Part shown: positions 25,990 through 38,000 of the stretch, piece after piece | How the letters are laid out: each line of letters begins with the position of its first letter | Numbering within the stretch: the first letter of the stretch is position 1 | Assembly (NCBI GenBank): GCA_038087875.1 | Contig: JAXLNO010000503.1 | Location: 62,001 to 126,000, forward strand | Direction of reading: 5' to 3' | Source of the DNA: Malacoraja senta | Taxonomy: Eukaryota | DNA: 64,000 nt | Notes under the pieces: model-generated | Told to the model about the DNA's origin: nothing | What the model saw: the letters and a program-made list of their open reading frames with translations, nothing else | Database searches by the model: none | Made by a program: the position numbers and the translations under genes

Positions 25990-26645
25990 GGGCTCAGGGC
26001 TCCATTCTCGGACCCATTTTGTTCAACATTCATATGCTCCCCCTAGCTCAGATCATAGAGCATTTTAACATATCTTACCACACTTATGCCGATGACACAC
26101 AACTATATATCGCAGTGTCACCACATGACCATAGTCCCCTACACGCACTGAGCCAATGTGTCAAACATATCAATGAGTGGATGAACCAGAACTTCCTCCA
26201 GCTGAATGCAAATAAGACAGAAATTATTGTCTTTGGTCCCAAAAAAACAAGGCTAGAGTGCTCAACTCGACTCAATTGCACTGAAAACCACAGACAAAGC
26301 CAGAAACCTTGGTGTAGTTATGGACTCGGATTTGAATTTTAACAGCCATATAAAGACCATTACCAGATCTGCCTATTAGCATCTAAAAAATATTGCAAGA
26401 ATCAAGGGATTTCTGTCCAAAGAAGACACTGAAAAACGAATTCATGCATATATTTTTAGTAGGTGCGATTATTGTAATGGCATCTTTACAGGTATCAATA
26501 AAAAATCAATTAAACAACTGCAGCTGATCCAAAATGGCGAAGCCAGTCCTGACCAACACCAAGAAAATGGACCACATTACACCTGTCCTTAAATCTTTGC
26601 ACTGGCTCCCTGTGTGTAAGAGGATACATAGAAACATAGAAAATA

Positions 26646-26712
26646 GGTGCAGGAGTAGGCCATTCGGCCCTTCGAGCCTGCACCGCCATTCAATATGATC
26701 ATGGCTGATCAT
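26646..26712 (-). other. CR1 3' UTR stem-loops
   Basis: GGTGCAGG...CCTGCACC 8-bp stem (26646-26684) with inner GGCC/GGCC stem; ATGATCA-tggc-TGATCAT hairpin (26695-26712). 3' stem-loops are the known RT-recognition elements of stringent-type LINEs. Confidence 0.7.
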
Positions 26713-26717
26713 CCAAC

Positions 26718-27734
26718 TCAGTATCCCGTACCTGCCTTCTCTCCATACCCCCTGATCCCTTCAGCCACAAGGGCCACATCTAACTCCCTCTTAAATATAG
26801 CCAATGAACTGGCCTCGACTACCCACTGTGGCAGAGAGTTCCAGAGATTCACCACTCTCTGTGTGAAAAAAGTTCTTCTCATCTCGGTTTTAAAGGATTT
26901 CCCCCTTATCCTTAAGCTGTGACGCCTTGTCCTGGACTTCCCCAACATCGGGAGCAATCTTCCTGCATCTAGCCTGTCCAACCCCTTAAGAATTTTGTAA
27001 GTTTCTATAAGATCCCCTCTCAATCTCCTAAATTCTAGAGAGCATAAACAAAGTCTATCCAGTCTTTCTTCATAAGACAGTCCTGACATCCCAGGAATCA
27101 GTCTGGTGAACATTCTCTGCACTCCCTCTATGGCAATAATGTCCTTCCTCAGATTTGGCGACCAAAACTGTACGCAATACTCCAGGTGCGGTCTCACCAA
27201 GACCCTGTACAACTGCAGTAGAACCTCCCTGCTCCTATACTCAAATCCTTTTGCTATGAAAGCTAACATACCATTCGCTTTCTTCACTGCCTGCTGCACC
27301 TGCATGCCTACTTTCAATGACTGGTGTACCATGACACCCAGGTCTCGCTGCATCTCCCCTTTTCCTAGTCGGCCACCATTTAGATAATAATCTGCTTTCC
27401 TGTTTTTGCCACCAAAATGGATAACCTCACATTTATCCACATTATACTGCATCTGCCAAACATTTGCCCACTCACCCAGCCTATCCAAGTCACCTTGCAG
27501 TCTCCTAGCATCCTCCTCACAGCTAACACTGCCCCCCAGCTTAGTGTCATCCGCAAACTTGGAGATATTGCCTTCAATTCCCTCATCCAGGTCATTAATA
27601 TATATTGTAAATAGCTGGGGTCCCAGCACTGAGCCTTGCGGTACCCCACTAGTCACTGCCTGCCATTGTGAAAAGGACCCGTTTACTCCTACTCTTTGCT
27701 TCCTGTTTGCCAGCCAGTTCTCTATCCACATCAA
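26718..27734 (-). pseudogene. CR1 ORF2 C-terminal RT fragment, 338 aa uninterrupted
   Basis: WIENWLANRKQRV, SGVPQGSVLGPQLF, SKFADDTKL, RDLGV, LVRPHLEYCVQFWSP, RRLRGDLIETYK, FFTQRVVNLWNSLP. Confidence 0.93.
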
Positions 27735-28265
27735 TACTGAACCCCCAATATTGAACCCCCAATGATTTTTAAATTATGTTACTGACCTACAAGGCACTGA
27801 ATGGTCTAGGTCCAAAATACATCTCTGACCTACTTGTTGTATATGAGGCGCCCAGACTCCTCGGGTCTTGAGGGACAGGTTTACTCTGTGTTCCCAGGAT
27901 CAGAACTAAAAAGGCTGAAGCAGCATTCGGTTTTTATGCTCCACACCTGTGGAACAAGCTCCCTGAACACCTGAGGTGTACACAGACTGTAAGCGCATTT
28001 AAATCAGGCCTTAAAACACTGTTTACTATAGCTTTTCCATAACATGCAGGTAATCTTAACTGTCTAATTTTAACCCTTTTATGTGCTTTTTAAAATTGTT
28101 TTATTGCTTCATTGACGTTGTTTTACTATTCATACATTTGTCGTATTGCTTTTTTTCCAATTTTTAATTATTGACTATTTTATTTTTTCTTTCCTGTAAA
28201 GCACCTTGAATTGCTGTTTGCACGAATGGTGCTATTCAAATAAATCTGCCTTGCCTTGCCTTGCC

Positions 28266-31200
28266 ACAAATCCGGCAAGGTCGCCATATTTCCGGCACGG
28301 TCGCCATAAATCCGGCAATGTCGCCACAAATCCGGCAAGGTCGCCATATTTCTGGCAATGTCGACATAAATCCCGCAAGGTCTCCAGAAATCCGGCAAGG
28401 TCGCCATATTTCCGGCAAGGTCGCCATAAATCGGCAAGGTCGGCACAAATCCGGCAAGGTCGCCACATTCCCGGCAAGGTCGCCATAAATCCGTCAAGGT
28501 CGCCACAAATCCGGCAAGATCGCCACATTTCCGGCAAGGTCGCCATAAATCCGGCAAGGCCGACACAAATCCGGCAAGGTCGCCATATTACCGGCATGGT
28601 CGCCATAAATCCGGCAAGGTCGCCACAAATCCGGCAAGGTCGCCATTTTTCTGGCAAGGTCGCCATAAATCCGGCAAGGTCGCCACAAATCCGACAAGGT
28701 CGCCATATTTCCGGTAAGGTCGCCACAGACACGGCAAGGTCGCCATATTTCCGGCAATGTCGCCATGAATCCCGCAAGGTCGCCACAAATCCGGCAAGGT
28801 AGCCATATTTCCGGCAAGGTCGCCATAAATCCGGCAAGGTCGCCACAAATCCGGCAATATTCGCCACATCCCCGGCAAGGTCGCCATAAATCCGGCAAGC
28901 TCGCCACAAATCCGGCAAGGTCGCCACATTTCCGGCAAGGTCGCCATTAATCCGGAAAGGTCGCCACAAACCCGGCAAGGTCGCCACATTTCCGGCAAGG
29001 TCGCCATTATTCCGGGAAGGTCGGCATTGATCCGGCAAGGTCGCCACATTCCCGGCAAGACCGCCATAAATCCGGCAAGGTCGCCACAAATCCGGCAAGG
29101 TCGCCACATTTCCGGCAAGGTCGCCATATTTCGGCAAGGTCGGCACAAACCCGGCAAGGTCGCCACATTCCCGGCAAGGCCGCCATAAATCCGGCAAGGT
29201 CGCCACAAATCCGGCAAGGTCGCCACATTTCCGGCAAGGTCGCCATAAATCGGCAAGGTCGGCACAAACTCGGCAAGGTCGCCACATTCCCGGCAAGGTC
29301 ACCATAAATCCGGCAAAGCCGCCACAAATCCGGCAAGGACGCCACATTTCCGGCAAGGTCGTAATAAATCTGGCAAGGTCGCCACAAATCCGACAAGGTC
29401 GCCATATTTCCGGCAAGGTCGCCATAAATCCCGCAAGGTCGCCACAAATCCGGCAAGGTCGCCATATTTCCGGCATGGTCGCCATAAGTCCGGCAAGGTG
29501 GCCACAAATCAGGGAAGGTCGACATATTTCCGGCAATGTCGCCATAAATCCGGAAGGTGGCCTCAAATCCGGCTAGGTCGCCATATTTCTGGCTAAGTCG
29601 CCTTAATCCGGCAAGGTGGCCTCAAATCCGGCAAGGTCGCCATATTTCCGGCAAGCTCGCCATAAATCCGGCAAGGTCGCCACAAATCCGGCAAGGTCGC
29701 CACAGATGCGGCAAGGCCGCCATATTTCCGGCAATGTCGCCATAAATCCCGCAAGGTCGCCACAAATCCGGCAAGGTCGCCATATTTCCGGCAAGGTCGC
29801 CATAAATCCGGCAAGGTCGCCACAAATCCGGCAATATTCGCCACATCCCCGGCAAGGTCGCCATAAATCCGGCAAGCTCGCCACAAATCCGGCAAGGTCG
29901 CCACATTTCCGGCAAGGTCGCCATTAATCCGGAAAGGTCGCCACAAACCCGGCAAGGTCGCCACATTTCCGGCAAGGTCGCCATTATTCCGGGAAGGTCG
30001 GCATTGATCCGGCAAGGTCGCCACATTCCCGGCAAGACCGCCATAAATCCGGCAAGGTCGCCACAAATCCGGCAAGGTCGCCACATTTCCGGCAAGGTCG
30101 CCATATTTCGGCAAGGTCGGCACAAACCCGGCAAGGTCGCCACATTCCCGGCAAGGCCGCCATAAATCCGGCAAGGTCGCCACAAATCCGGCAAGGTCGC
30201 CACATTTCCGGCAAGGTCGCCATAAATCGGCAAGGTCGGCACAAACTCGGCAAGGTCGCCACATTCCCGGCAAGGTCACCATAAATCCGGCAAAGCCGCC
30301 ACAAATCCGGCAAGGACGCCACATTTCCGGCAAGGTCGTAATAAATCTGGCAAGGTCGCCACAAATCCGACAAGGTCGCCATATTTCCGGCAAGGTCGCC
30401 ATAAATCCCGCAAGGTCGCCACAAATCCGGCAAGGTCGCCATATTTCCGGCATGGTCGCCATAAGTCCGGCAAGGTGGCCACAAATCAGGGAAGGTCGAC
30501 ATATTTCCGGCAATGTCGCCATAAATCCGGAAGGTGGCCTCAAATCCGGCTAGGTCGCCATATTTCTGGCTAAGTCGCCTTAATCCGGCAAGGTGGCCTC
30601 AAATCCGGCAAGGTCGCCATATTTCCGGCAAGCTCGCCATAAATCCGGCAAGGTCGCCACAAATCCGGCAAGGTCGCCACAGATGCGGCAAGGCCGCCAT
30701 ATTTCCGGCAATGTCGCCATAAATCCCGCAAGGTCGCCACAAATCCGGCAAGGTCGCCATATTTCCGGCAAGGTCGCCATAAATCCGGCAAGGTCGCCAC
30801 AAATCCGGCAATATTCGCCACATCCCCGGCAAGGTCGCCATAAATCCGGCAAGCTCGCCACAAATCCGGCAAGGTCGCCACATTTCCGGCAAGGTCGCCA
30901 TTAATCCGGAAAGGTCGCCACAAACCCGGCAAGGTCGCCACATTTCCGGCAAGGTCGCCATTATTCCGGGAAGGTCGGCATTGATCCGGCAAGGTCGCCA
31001 CATTCCCGGCAAGACCGCCATAAATCCGGTAAGGTCGCCACAAATCCGGCAAGGTCGCCACATTTCCGGCAAGGTCGCCATATTTCGGCAAGGTCGGCAC
31101 AAACCCGGCAAGGTCGCCACATTCCCGGCAAGGCCGCCATAAATCCGGCAAGGTCGCCACAAATCCGGCAAGGTCGCCACATTTCCGGCAAGGTCGCCAT

Positions 31201-33872
31201 AAATCGGCAAGGTCGGCACAAACTCGGCAAGGTCGCCACATTCCCGGCAAGGTCACCATAAATCCGGCAAAGCCGCCACAAATCCGGCAAGGACGCCACA
31301 TTTCCGGCAAGGTCGTAATAAATCTGGCAAGGTCGCCACAAATCCGACAAGGTCGCCATATTTCCGGCAAGGTCGCCATAAATCCCGCAAGGTCGCCACA
31401 AATCCGGCAAGGTCGCCATATTTCCGGCATGGTCGCCATAAGTCCGGCAAGGTGGCCACAAATCAGGGAAGGTCGACATATTTCCGGCAATGTCGCCATA
31501 AATCCGGAAGGTGGCCTCAAATCCGGCTAGGTCGCCATATTTCTGGCTAAGTCGCCTTAATCCGGCAAGGTGGCCTCAAATCCGGCAAGGTCGCCATATT
31601 TCCGGCAAGCTCGCCATAAATCCGGCAAGGTCGCCACAAATCCGGCAAGGTCGCCACAGATGCGGCAAGGCCGCCATATTTCCGGCAATGTCGCCATAAA
31701 TCCCGCAAGGTCGCCACAAATCCGGCAAGGTCGCCATATTTCCGGCAAGGTCGCCATAAATCCGGCAAGGTCGCCACAAATCCGGCAATATTCGCCACAT
31801 CCCCGGCAAGGTCGCCATAAATCCGGCAAGCTCGCCACAAATCCGGCAAGGTCGCCACATTTCCGGCAAGGTCGCCATTAATCCGGAAAGGTCGCCACAA
31901 ACCCGGCAAGGTCGCCACATTTCCGGCAAGGTCGCCATTATTCCGGGAAGGTCGGCATTGATCCGGCAAGGTCGCCACATTCCCGGCAAGACCGCCATAA
32001 ATCCGGCAAGGTCGCCACAAATCCGGCAAGGTCGCCACATTTCCGGCAAGGTCGCCATATTTCGGCAAGGTCGGCACAAACCCGGCAAGGTCGCCACATT
32101 CCCGGCAAGGCCGCCATAAATCCGGCAAGGTCGCCACAAATCCGGCAAGGTCGCCACATTTCCGGCAAGGTCGCCATAAATCGGCAAGGTCGGCACAAAC
32201 TCGGCAAGGTCGCCACATTCCCGGCAAGGTCACCATAAATCCGGCAAAGCCGCCACAAATCCGGCAAGGACGCCACATTTCCGGCAAGGTCGTAATAAAT
32301 CTGGCAAGGTCGCCACAAATCCGACAAGGTCGCCATATTTCCGGCAAGGTCGCCATAAATCCCGCAAGGTCGCCACAAATCCGGCAAGGTCGCCATATTT
32401 CCGGCATGGTCGCCATAAGTCCGGCAAGGTGGCCACAAATCAGGGAAGGTCGACATATTTCCGGCAATGTCGCCATAAATCCGGAAGGTGGCCTCAAATC
32501 CGGCTAGGTCGCCATATTTCTGGCTAAGTCGCCTTAATCCGGCAAGGTGGCCTCAAATCCGGCAAGGTCGCCACATTCCCGGCAATGGCGCCATAAATCC
32601 GGCAAGGTCGCCACAAATCCGACAAGGTCGCCATATTTCAGGCAAGGTCGCCATAAATCCCGCAAGGTCGCCACAAATCCGGCAAGGTCGCCATATTTCC
32701 GGCAAGCTCGCCATAAATCCGGCAAGGTCGCCACAAATCCGGCAAGGTCGCCACAGATGCGGCAAGGCCGCCATATTTCCGGCAATGTCGCCATAAATCC
32801 CGCAAGGTCGCCACAAATCCGGCAAGGTCGCCATATTTCCGGCAAGGTCGCCATAAATCCGGCAAGGTCGCCACAAATCCGGCAATATTCGCCACATCCC
32901 CGGCAAAGTCGCCATAAATCCGGCAAGGTCGCCACAAAACCGGCAAGGTCGCCACATTTCCGGCAAGGTCGCCATTAATCCGGCAAGGTCGCCACAAACC
33001 CGGCAAGGTCGCCACATTTCCGGCAAGGGTGCCATTATTCCGGGAAGGTCGCCATAGATCCGGCAAGGTCGCCACATTCCCGGCAAGGCCGGCATAAATC
33101 CGGCAAGGTCGCCACAAATCCGGCAAGGTCGTAATAAATCTGGCAAGGTCGCCACAAATCCGACAAGGTCGCCATATTTCCGGCAAGGTCGCCATAAATC
33201 CCGCAAGGTCGCCACAAATCCGCAAGGTCGCCATATTTCCGGCATGGTCGCCATAATTCCGGCAAGGTGGCCACAAATCAGGGAAGGTCGACATATTTCC
33301 GGCAATGTCGCCATAAATCCGGAAGGTGGCCTCAAATCCGGCTAGGTCGCCATATTCCTGGCTAAGTCGCCTTAATCCAGCAAGGTGGCCTCAAATCCGG
33401 CAAGGTCGCCACATTCCCGGCAATGGCGCCATAAATCCGGCAAGGTCGCCACAAATCCGACAAGGTCGCCATATTTCCGGCAAGGTCGCTATAATTCCAG
33501 CAAGGTCGCCACAAACCCGGCAAGGCCGCCATATTTCCAGCATGGTCGCCATAATTCCGGCAAGGTGGCCACAAATCAGGAAAGGTCGCCATATTTCAGG
33601 CAATGTCGCCATAAATCCGGCAAGGTGGCCTCAAATCCGGCTAGGTCGCCATATTTCCGGCGAGGTCGCTATAATCCGGCAAGGTGGCCTCAAATCCGGC
33701 AAGATCGCCACATTCCCGGCAAGGTCGCCATAAATCCGGCAAGGTCGCCACAAATCCGGCAATGTCGCCACAACTACGGCAAGGTCGCCATATTACCTGC
33801 AAGATCGCCATAAATCCGTCAAGGTCGCCATATTTCCGGCACGATCGCCATAAATACGGCAAGGTCGCCACA
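28266..33872 (-). repeat. 20-bp satellite, domain C (part 2)
   Basis: Continuous monomers between the two L2 copies. Confidence 0.97.
28800..32572 (-). repeat. 977-bp HOR, about 3.9 near-identical tandem copies
   Basis: Near-identical 316-aa pseudo-ORFs at 29593, 30570, 31547; marker ggcaatattcgcc about every 977 bp from ~28853. Confidence 0.93.
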
Positions 33873-35029
33873 GGGCTCAGGGCTCCATTCTCGGACCCAT
33901 TTTGTTCAACATTCATATGCTCCCCCTAGCTCAGATCATAGAGCATTTTAACATATCTTACCACACTTATGCCGATGACACACAACTATATATCGCAGTG
34001 TCACCACATGACCATAGTCCCCTACACGCACTGAGCCAATGTGTCAAACATATCAATGAGTGGATGAACCAGAACTTCCTCCAGCTGAATGCAAATAAGA
34101 CAGAAATTATTGTCTTTGGTCCCAAAAAAACAAGGCTAGAGGTGAGTGCTCAACTCGACTCAATTGCACTGAACACCACAGACAAAGCCAGAAACCTTGG
34201 TGTAGTTATGGACTCAGATTTGAATTTTAACAGCCATATAAAGACTATTACCAGATCTGCCTATTAGCATCTAAAAAATATTGCAAGAATCAAGGGATTT
34301 TTGTCCAAAGAAGACACTGAAAAACTTGTTCATGCATATATTTTTAGTAGGTTAGATTATTGTAATGGCATCTTTACAGGTCTCAATAAAAAATTAATTA
34401 AACAACTGCAGCTGATCCAAAATGCCGCTGCCAGTCCTGACCAACACCAAGAAAATGGACTACATTACACCTGTCCTAAATTCTGTGCACTGGCTCCCTG
34501 TGTGTAAGAGGATAGATTTTAAAATTATGTTACCGACCTACAAGGAACTGAATGGTCTAGTTCCAAAATACATCTCTGACCTACTTGTTGTATATGAGGC
34601 GCCTAGTCTCCTCAGGTCTTCAGGGACAGGTTTACTCTGTGTTCCCAGGATCCGAACTAAAAAGGCTGAAGCAGCATTGTGTTTTTATGCTCCACACCTG
34701 TGGAACAAGCTCCCTGAACGCCTGAGGTGTACACAGACTGTAAGCGCATTTAAATCAGGCCTTAAAACACTGTTGTTTACTATAGCTTTTCCATAACCTG
34801 ACATGCAGGTAACCTTAAATGTCTAATTTTAACCCTTTTATGTGCTTTTTAAAATTGTTTTATTGCTTCATTGACGTTGTTTTATTATTCATACATTTGT
34901 CGTATTGCTTATTTTCCAATTTTTATTTATTAACTATTTTATTTTTTCTTTCCTGTAAAGCACCTTGAATTGCTGTTTGCACGAATGGTGCTATACAAAT
35001 AAATCTGCCTTGCCCTGCCTTGCCTTGCC
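33873..35029 (+). mobile_element. L2-clade LINE, 5'-truncated, copy 2 (uninterrupted, ~1157 bp)
   Basis: Same 5' breakpoint and flanks as copy 1; LVHAYIFSRLDYCN, LQLIQNAA, HWLPV motifs; AGCACC...GGTGCT stem at 34959-34992; (GCCTT)n tail. Confidence 0.92.
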
Positions 35030-38000
35030 ACAAATCCGGCAAGGTCCCCATATTTCCGGCACGGTCGCCATAAATCCGGCCAGGTCGCCACAAAACCGGC
35101 AAGGTCGCCATATTTCCGGCAAGGTCTCCACAGATACGGCAAGGTCGCCATATTTCCGGCAAGATCGCCATAATTCCGACAAAGTCGCCATATATCCGGC
35201 AAGGTCGCCACAGATACGGCAAGGTCGCCATATTTCCAGCAAGATCGCCATAATTCCGGCAAGGTCGCCACAAATCCGGCAAGGTCGCCATATTTCCGGC
35301 ATGGTCGCCATAATTCCGGCAAGGTGGCCACAAATCAGGGAAGGTCGCCATATTTCCGGCAATGTCGCCATAAATCCGGAAGGTGGCCTCAAATCCGGCT
35401 AGGTCGCCATATTTCTGGCGAGGTCGCCATAAATCCGGCAAAGTCGCCACAAACCCGGCAAGGTCGCCACATTTCCGGCAAGGTCGCCATAAATCCGGCA
35501 AGGTCGCCATATTTCCGGCAAGGTCGCCACAGATACGGCAAGGTCGCCATATTTCCGGCAAGATCGCCATAATTCCGGCAAGGTCGCCACATATCCGGCA
35601 AGGTCGCCATATTTCCGGCATGGTCGCCATAAATCCGGAAGGTGGCCTCCAATCCGGCAAGGTCGCCACAATCCCGGCAATGGCGCCATAAATCCGGCAA
35701 GGTCGCCACAAACCCGGCAAGATCGCCTCATTTCCGGCAAGGTCGCCATAAATCCGGCAAGGTCGCCACAAATCCGGCAAGGTCGCCACATTTCCGGCAA
35801 GGTCGCCATATTTCCAGCAAGGTCTCCCTAAATCCGGCAAAGTCGCCATAAATGCGGCAAGGTCGACATCTTTCCGGCAAGGTCGCAATAAATCCTGCAA
35901 GGTCGCCAGAAATGCGGCAAGGTCGACATATTTCCTGCAAGGTCGCCATTAATCCGGCAAGGTCGCCACAAATGCGGCAACGTCGCCATATTTCCGGCAC
36001 GGCCGCCATAAATCCAGCCAGGTCGCCACAAAACCGGCGAGGTCGCCATATTTCCGGCAAGGTCTCCACAGATACGGCAAGGTCGCCATATTTCCGGCAA
36101 GATCGCCATAATTCCGGCAAAGTCGCCATATATCCGGCAAGGTCGCCACAGATACGGCAAGGTCGCGATATTTCCAGCAAGATCGCCATAATTCCGGCAA
36201 GGTCGCCACAAATCCGGCAAGGTCGCCATATTTCCAGCATGGTCGCCATAATTCCGGCAAGGTGGCCACAAATCAGGGAAGGTCGCCATATTTCCGGCAA
36301 TGTCGCCATAAATCCGGAAGGTGGCCTCAAATCCGGCTAGGTCGCCATATTTCTGGCGAGGTCGCCATAAATCCGGCAAAGTCGCCACAAACCCGGCAAG
36401 GTCGCCACATTTCCGGCAAGGTCGCCATAAATCCGGCAAGGTCGCCACAAATCCGGCAAGATCGCCATATTTCCGGCAAGGTCGCCACAGATACGGCAAG
36501 GTCGCCATATTTCCGGCAAGATCGCCATAATTCCGGCAAGGTCGCCACATATCCGGCAAGGTCGCCATATTTCCGGCATGGTCGCCATAAATCCGGAAGG
36601 TGGCCTCCAATCCGGCAAGGTCGCCACAATCCCGGCAATGGCGCCATAAATCCGGCAAGGTCGCCACAAACCCGGCAAGATCGCCTCATTTCCGGCAAGG
36701 TCGCCATAAATCCGGCAAAGGTCGCCACAAATCCGGCAAGGTCGCCACATTTCCGGCAAGGTCGCCATATTTCCAGCAAGGTCTCCCTAAATCCGGCAAA
36801 ATCGCCACAAATGCGGCAAGGTCGACATCTTTCCGGCAAGGTCGCAATAAATACTGCAAGGTCGCCAGAAATGCGGCAAGGTCGACATATTTCCTGCAAG
36901 GTCGCCATTAATCCGGCAAGGTCGCCACAAATGCGGCAACGTCGCCATATTTCCAGCAAGATCGCCATAAATCCGGCAAAGTCGCCATAAATCCGGCAAG
37001 GTCGCCACAAATCTGGCAAGGTCTCCACATTTCCGGCAAGGTCGCCACAAATCCGGCAAGGTCGCCAAGAATCCGGCAAGGTCGCTATATTTCCGACAAG
37101 GTAGGCATAAATCCGGCAAGTTTGCGTCAAATCCGGCAAGGTCGCCATATTTCCTGCAATGTCGCCATAAATCCCGCAAGGTGGCCTCAAATCCGGCAAG
37201 GTCGCCACATTCCCGGCAAGGTCGCGATAAATCCGGCAAGGTCGCCACAAATCCGGCAATGTCGCCACAAATGCGGCAATGGCGCCATAAATCCGGCAAG
37301 GTCGCCACAAACCCGGCAAGATCGCCTCATTTCCGGCAAGGTCGCCATAAATCCGGCAAGGTCGCCACAAATCCGGCAAGGTCGCCACATTTCCGGCAAG
37401 GTCGCCATATTTCCAGCACGGTCGCCATAAATCCGGCCAGGTCGCCACAAATGCGGCAAGGTCGACATCTTTCCGGCAAGGTCGCAATAAATCCTGCAAG
37501 GTCGCCAGAAATGCGGCAAGGTCGCCACAAATGCGGCAACGTCGCCATATTTCCGGCACGGTCGCCATAAATCCGGCAGGTCGCCACAAAACCGGCAAGG
37601 TCGCCATATTTCCGGCAAGGTCTCCACAGATACGGCAAGGTCGCCATATTTCCGGCAAGATCGCCATAATTCCGGCAAAGTCGCCATATATCCGGCAAGG
37701 TCGCCACAGATACGGCAAGGTCGCCATATTTCCAGCAAGATCGCCATAATTCCGGCAAGGTCGCCACAAATCCGGCAAGGTCGCCATATTTCCGGCATGG
37801 TCGCCATAATTCCGGCAAGGTGGCCACAAATCAGGGAAGGTCGCCATATTTCCGGCAATGTCGCCATAAATCCGGAAGGTGGCCTCAAATCCGGCTAGGT
37901 TGCCATATTTCTGGCGAGGTCGCCATAAATCCGGCAAAGTCGCCACAAACCCGGCAAGGTCGCCACATTTCCGGCAAGGTCGCCATAAATCCGGCAAGGT

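Larger units (their letters stand above)
26627..27763 (-). mobile_element. CR1-clade LINE (HER1-like), 5'-truncated, nested in L2 copy 1
   Basis: Boundaries defined by comparison with the uninterrupted L2 copy 2; (TTTCTATG)n tail at the left end; HER1 assignment is from memory of elasmobranch CR1 3' ends. Confidence 0.93.
25990..28265 (+). mobile_element. L2-clade LINE, 5'-truncated within RT, copy 1 (interrupted by a nested CR1)
   Basis: AQGSILGPILFNIHMLPL...YADDTQLY...FLQLNANKTE, HITPVLKSLHWLPV, FYAPHLWNKLP; 3' end gtaaagcaccttg...ggtgctattcaaataaa followed by a (GCCTT)n tail. Confidence 0.9.
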
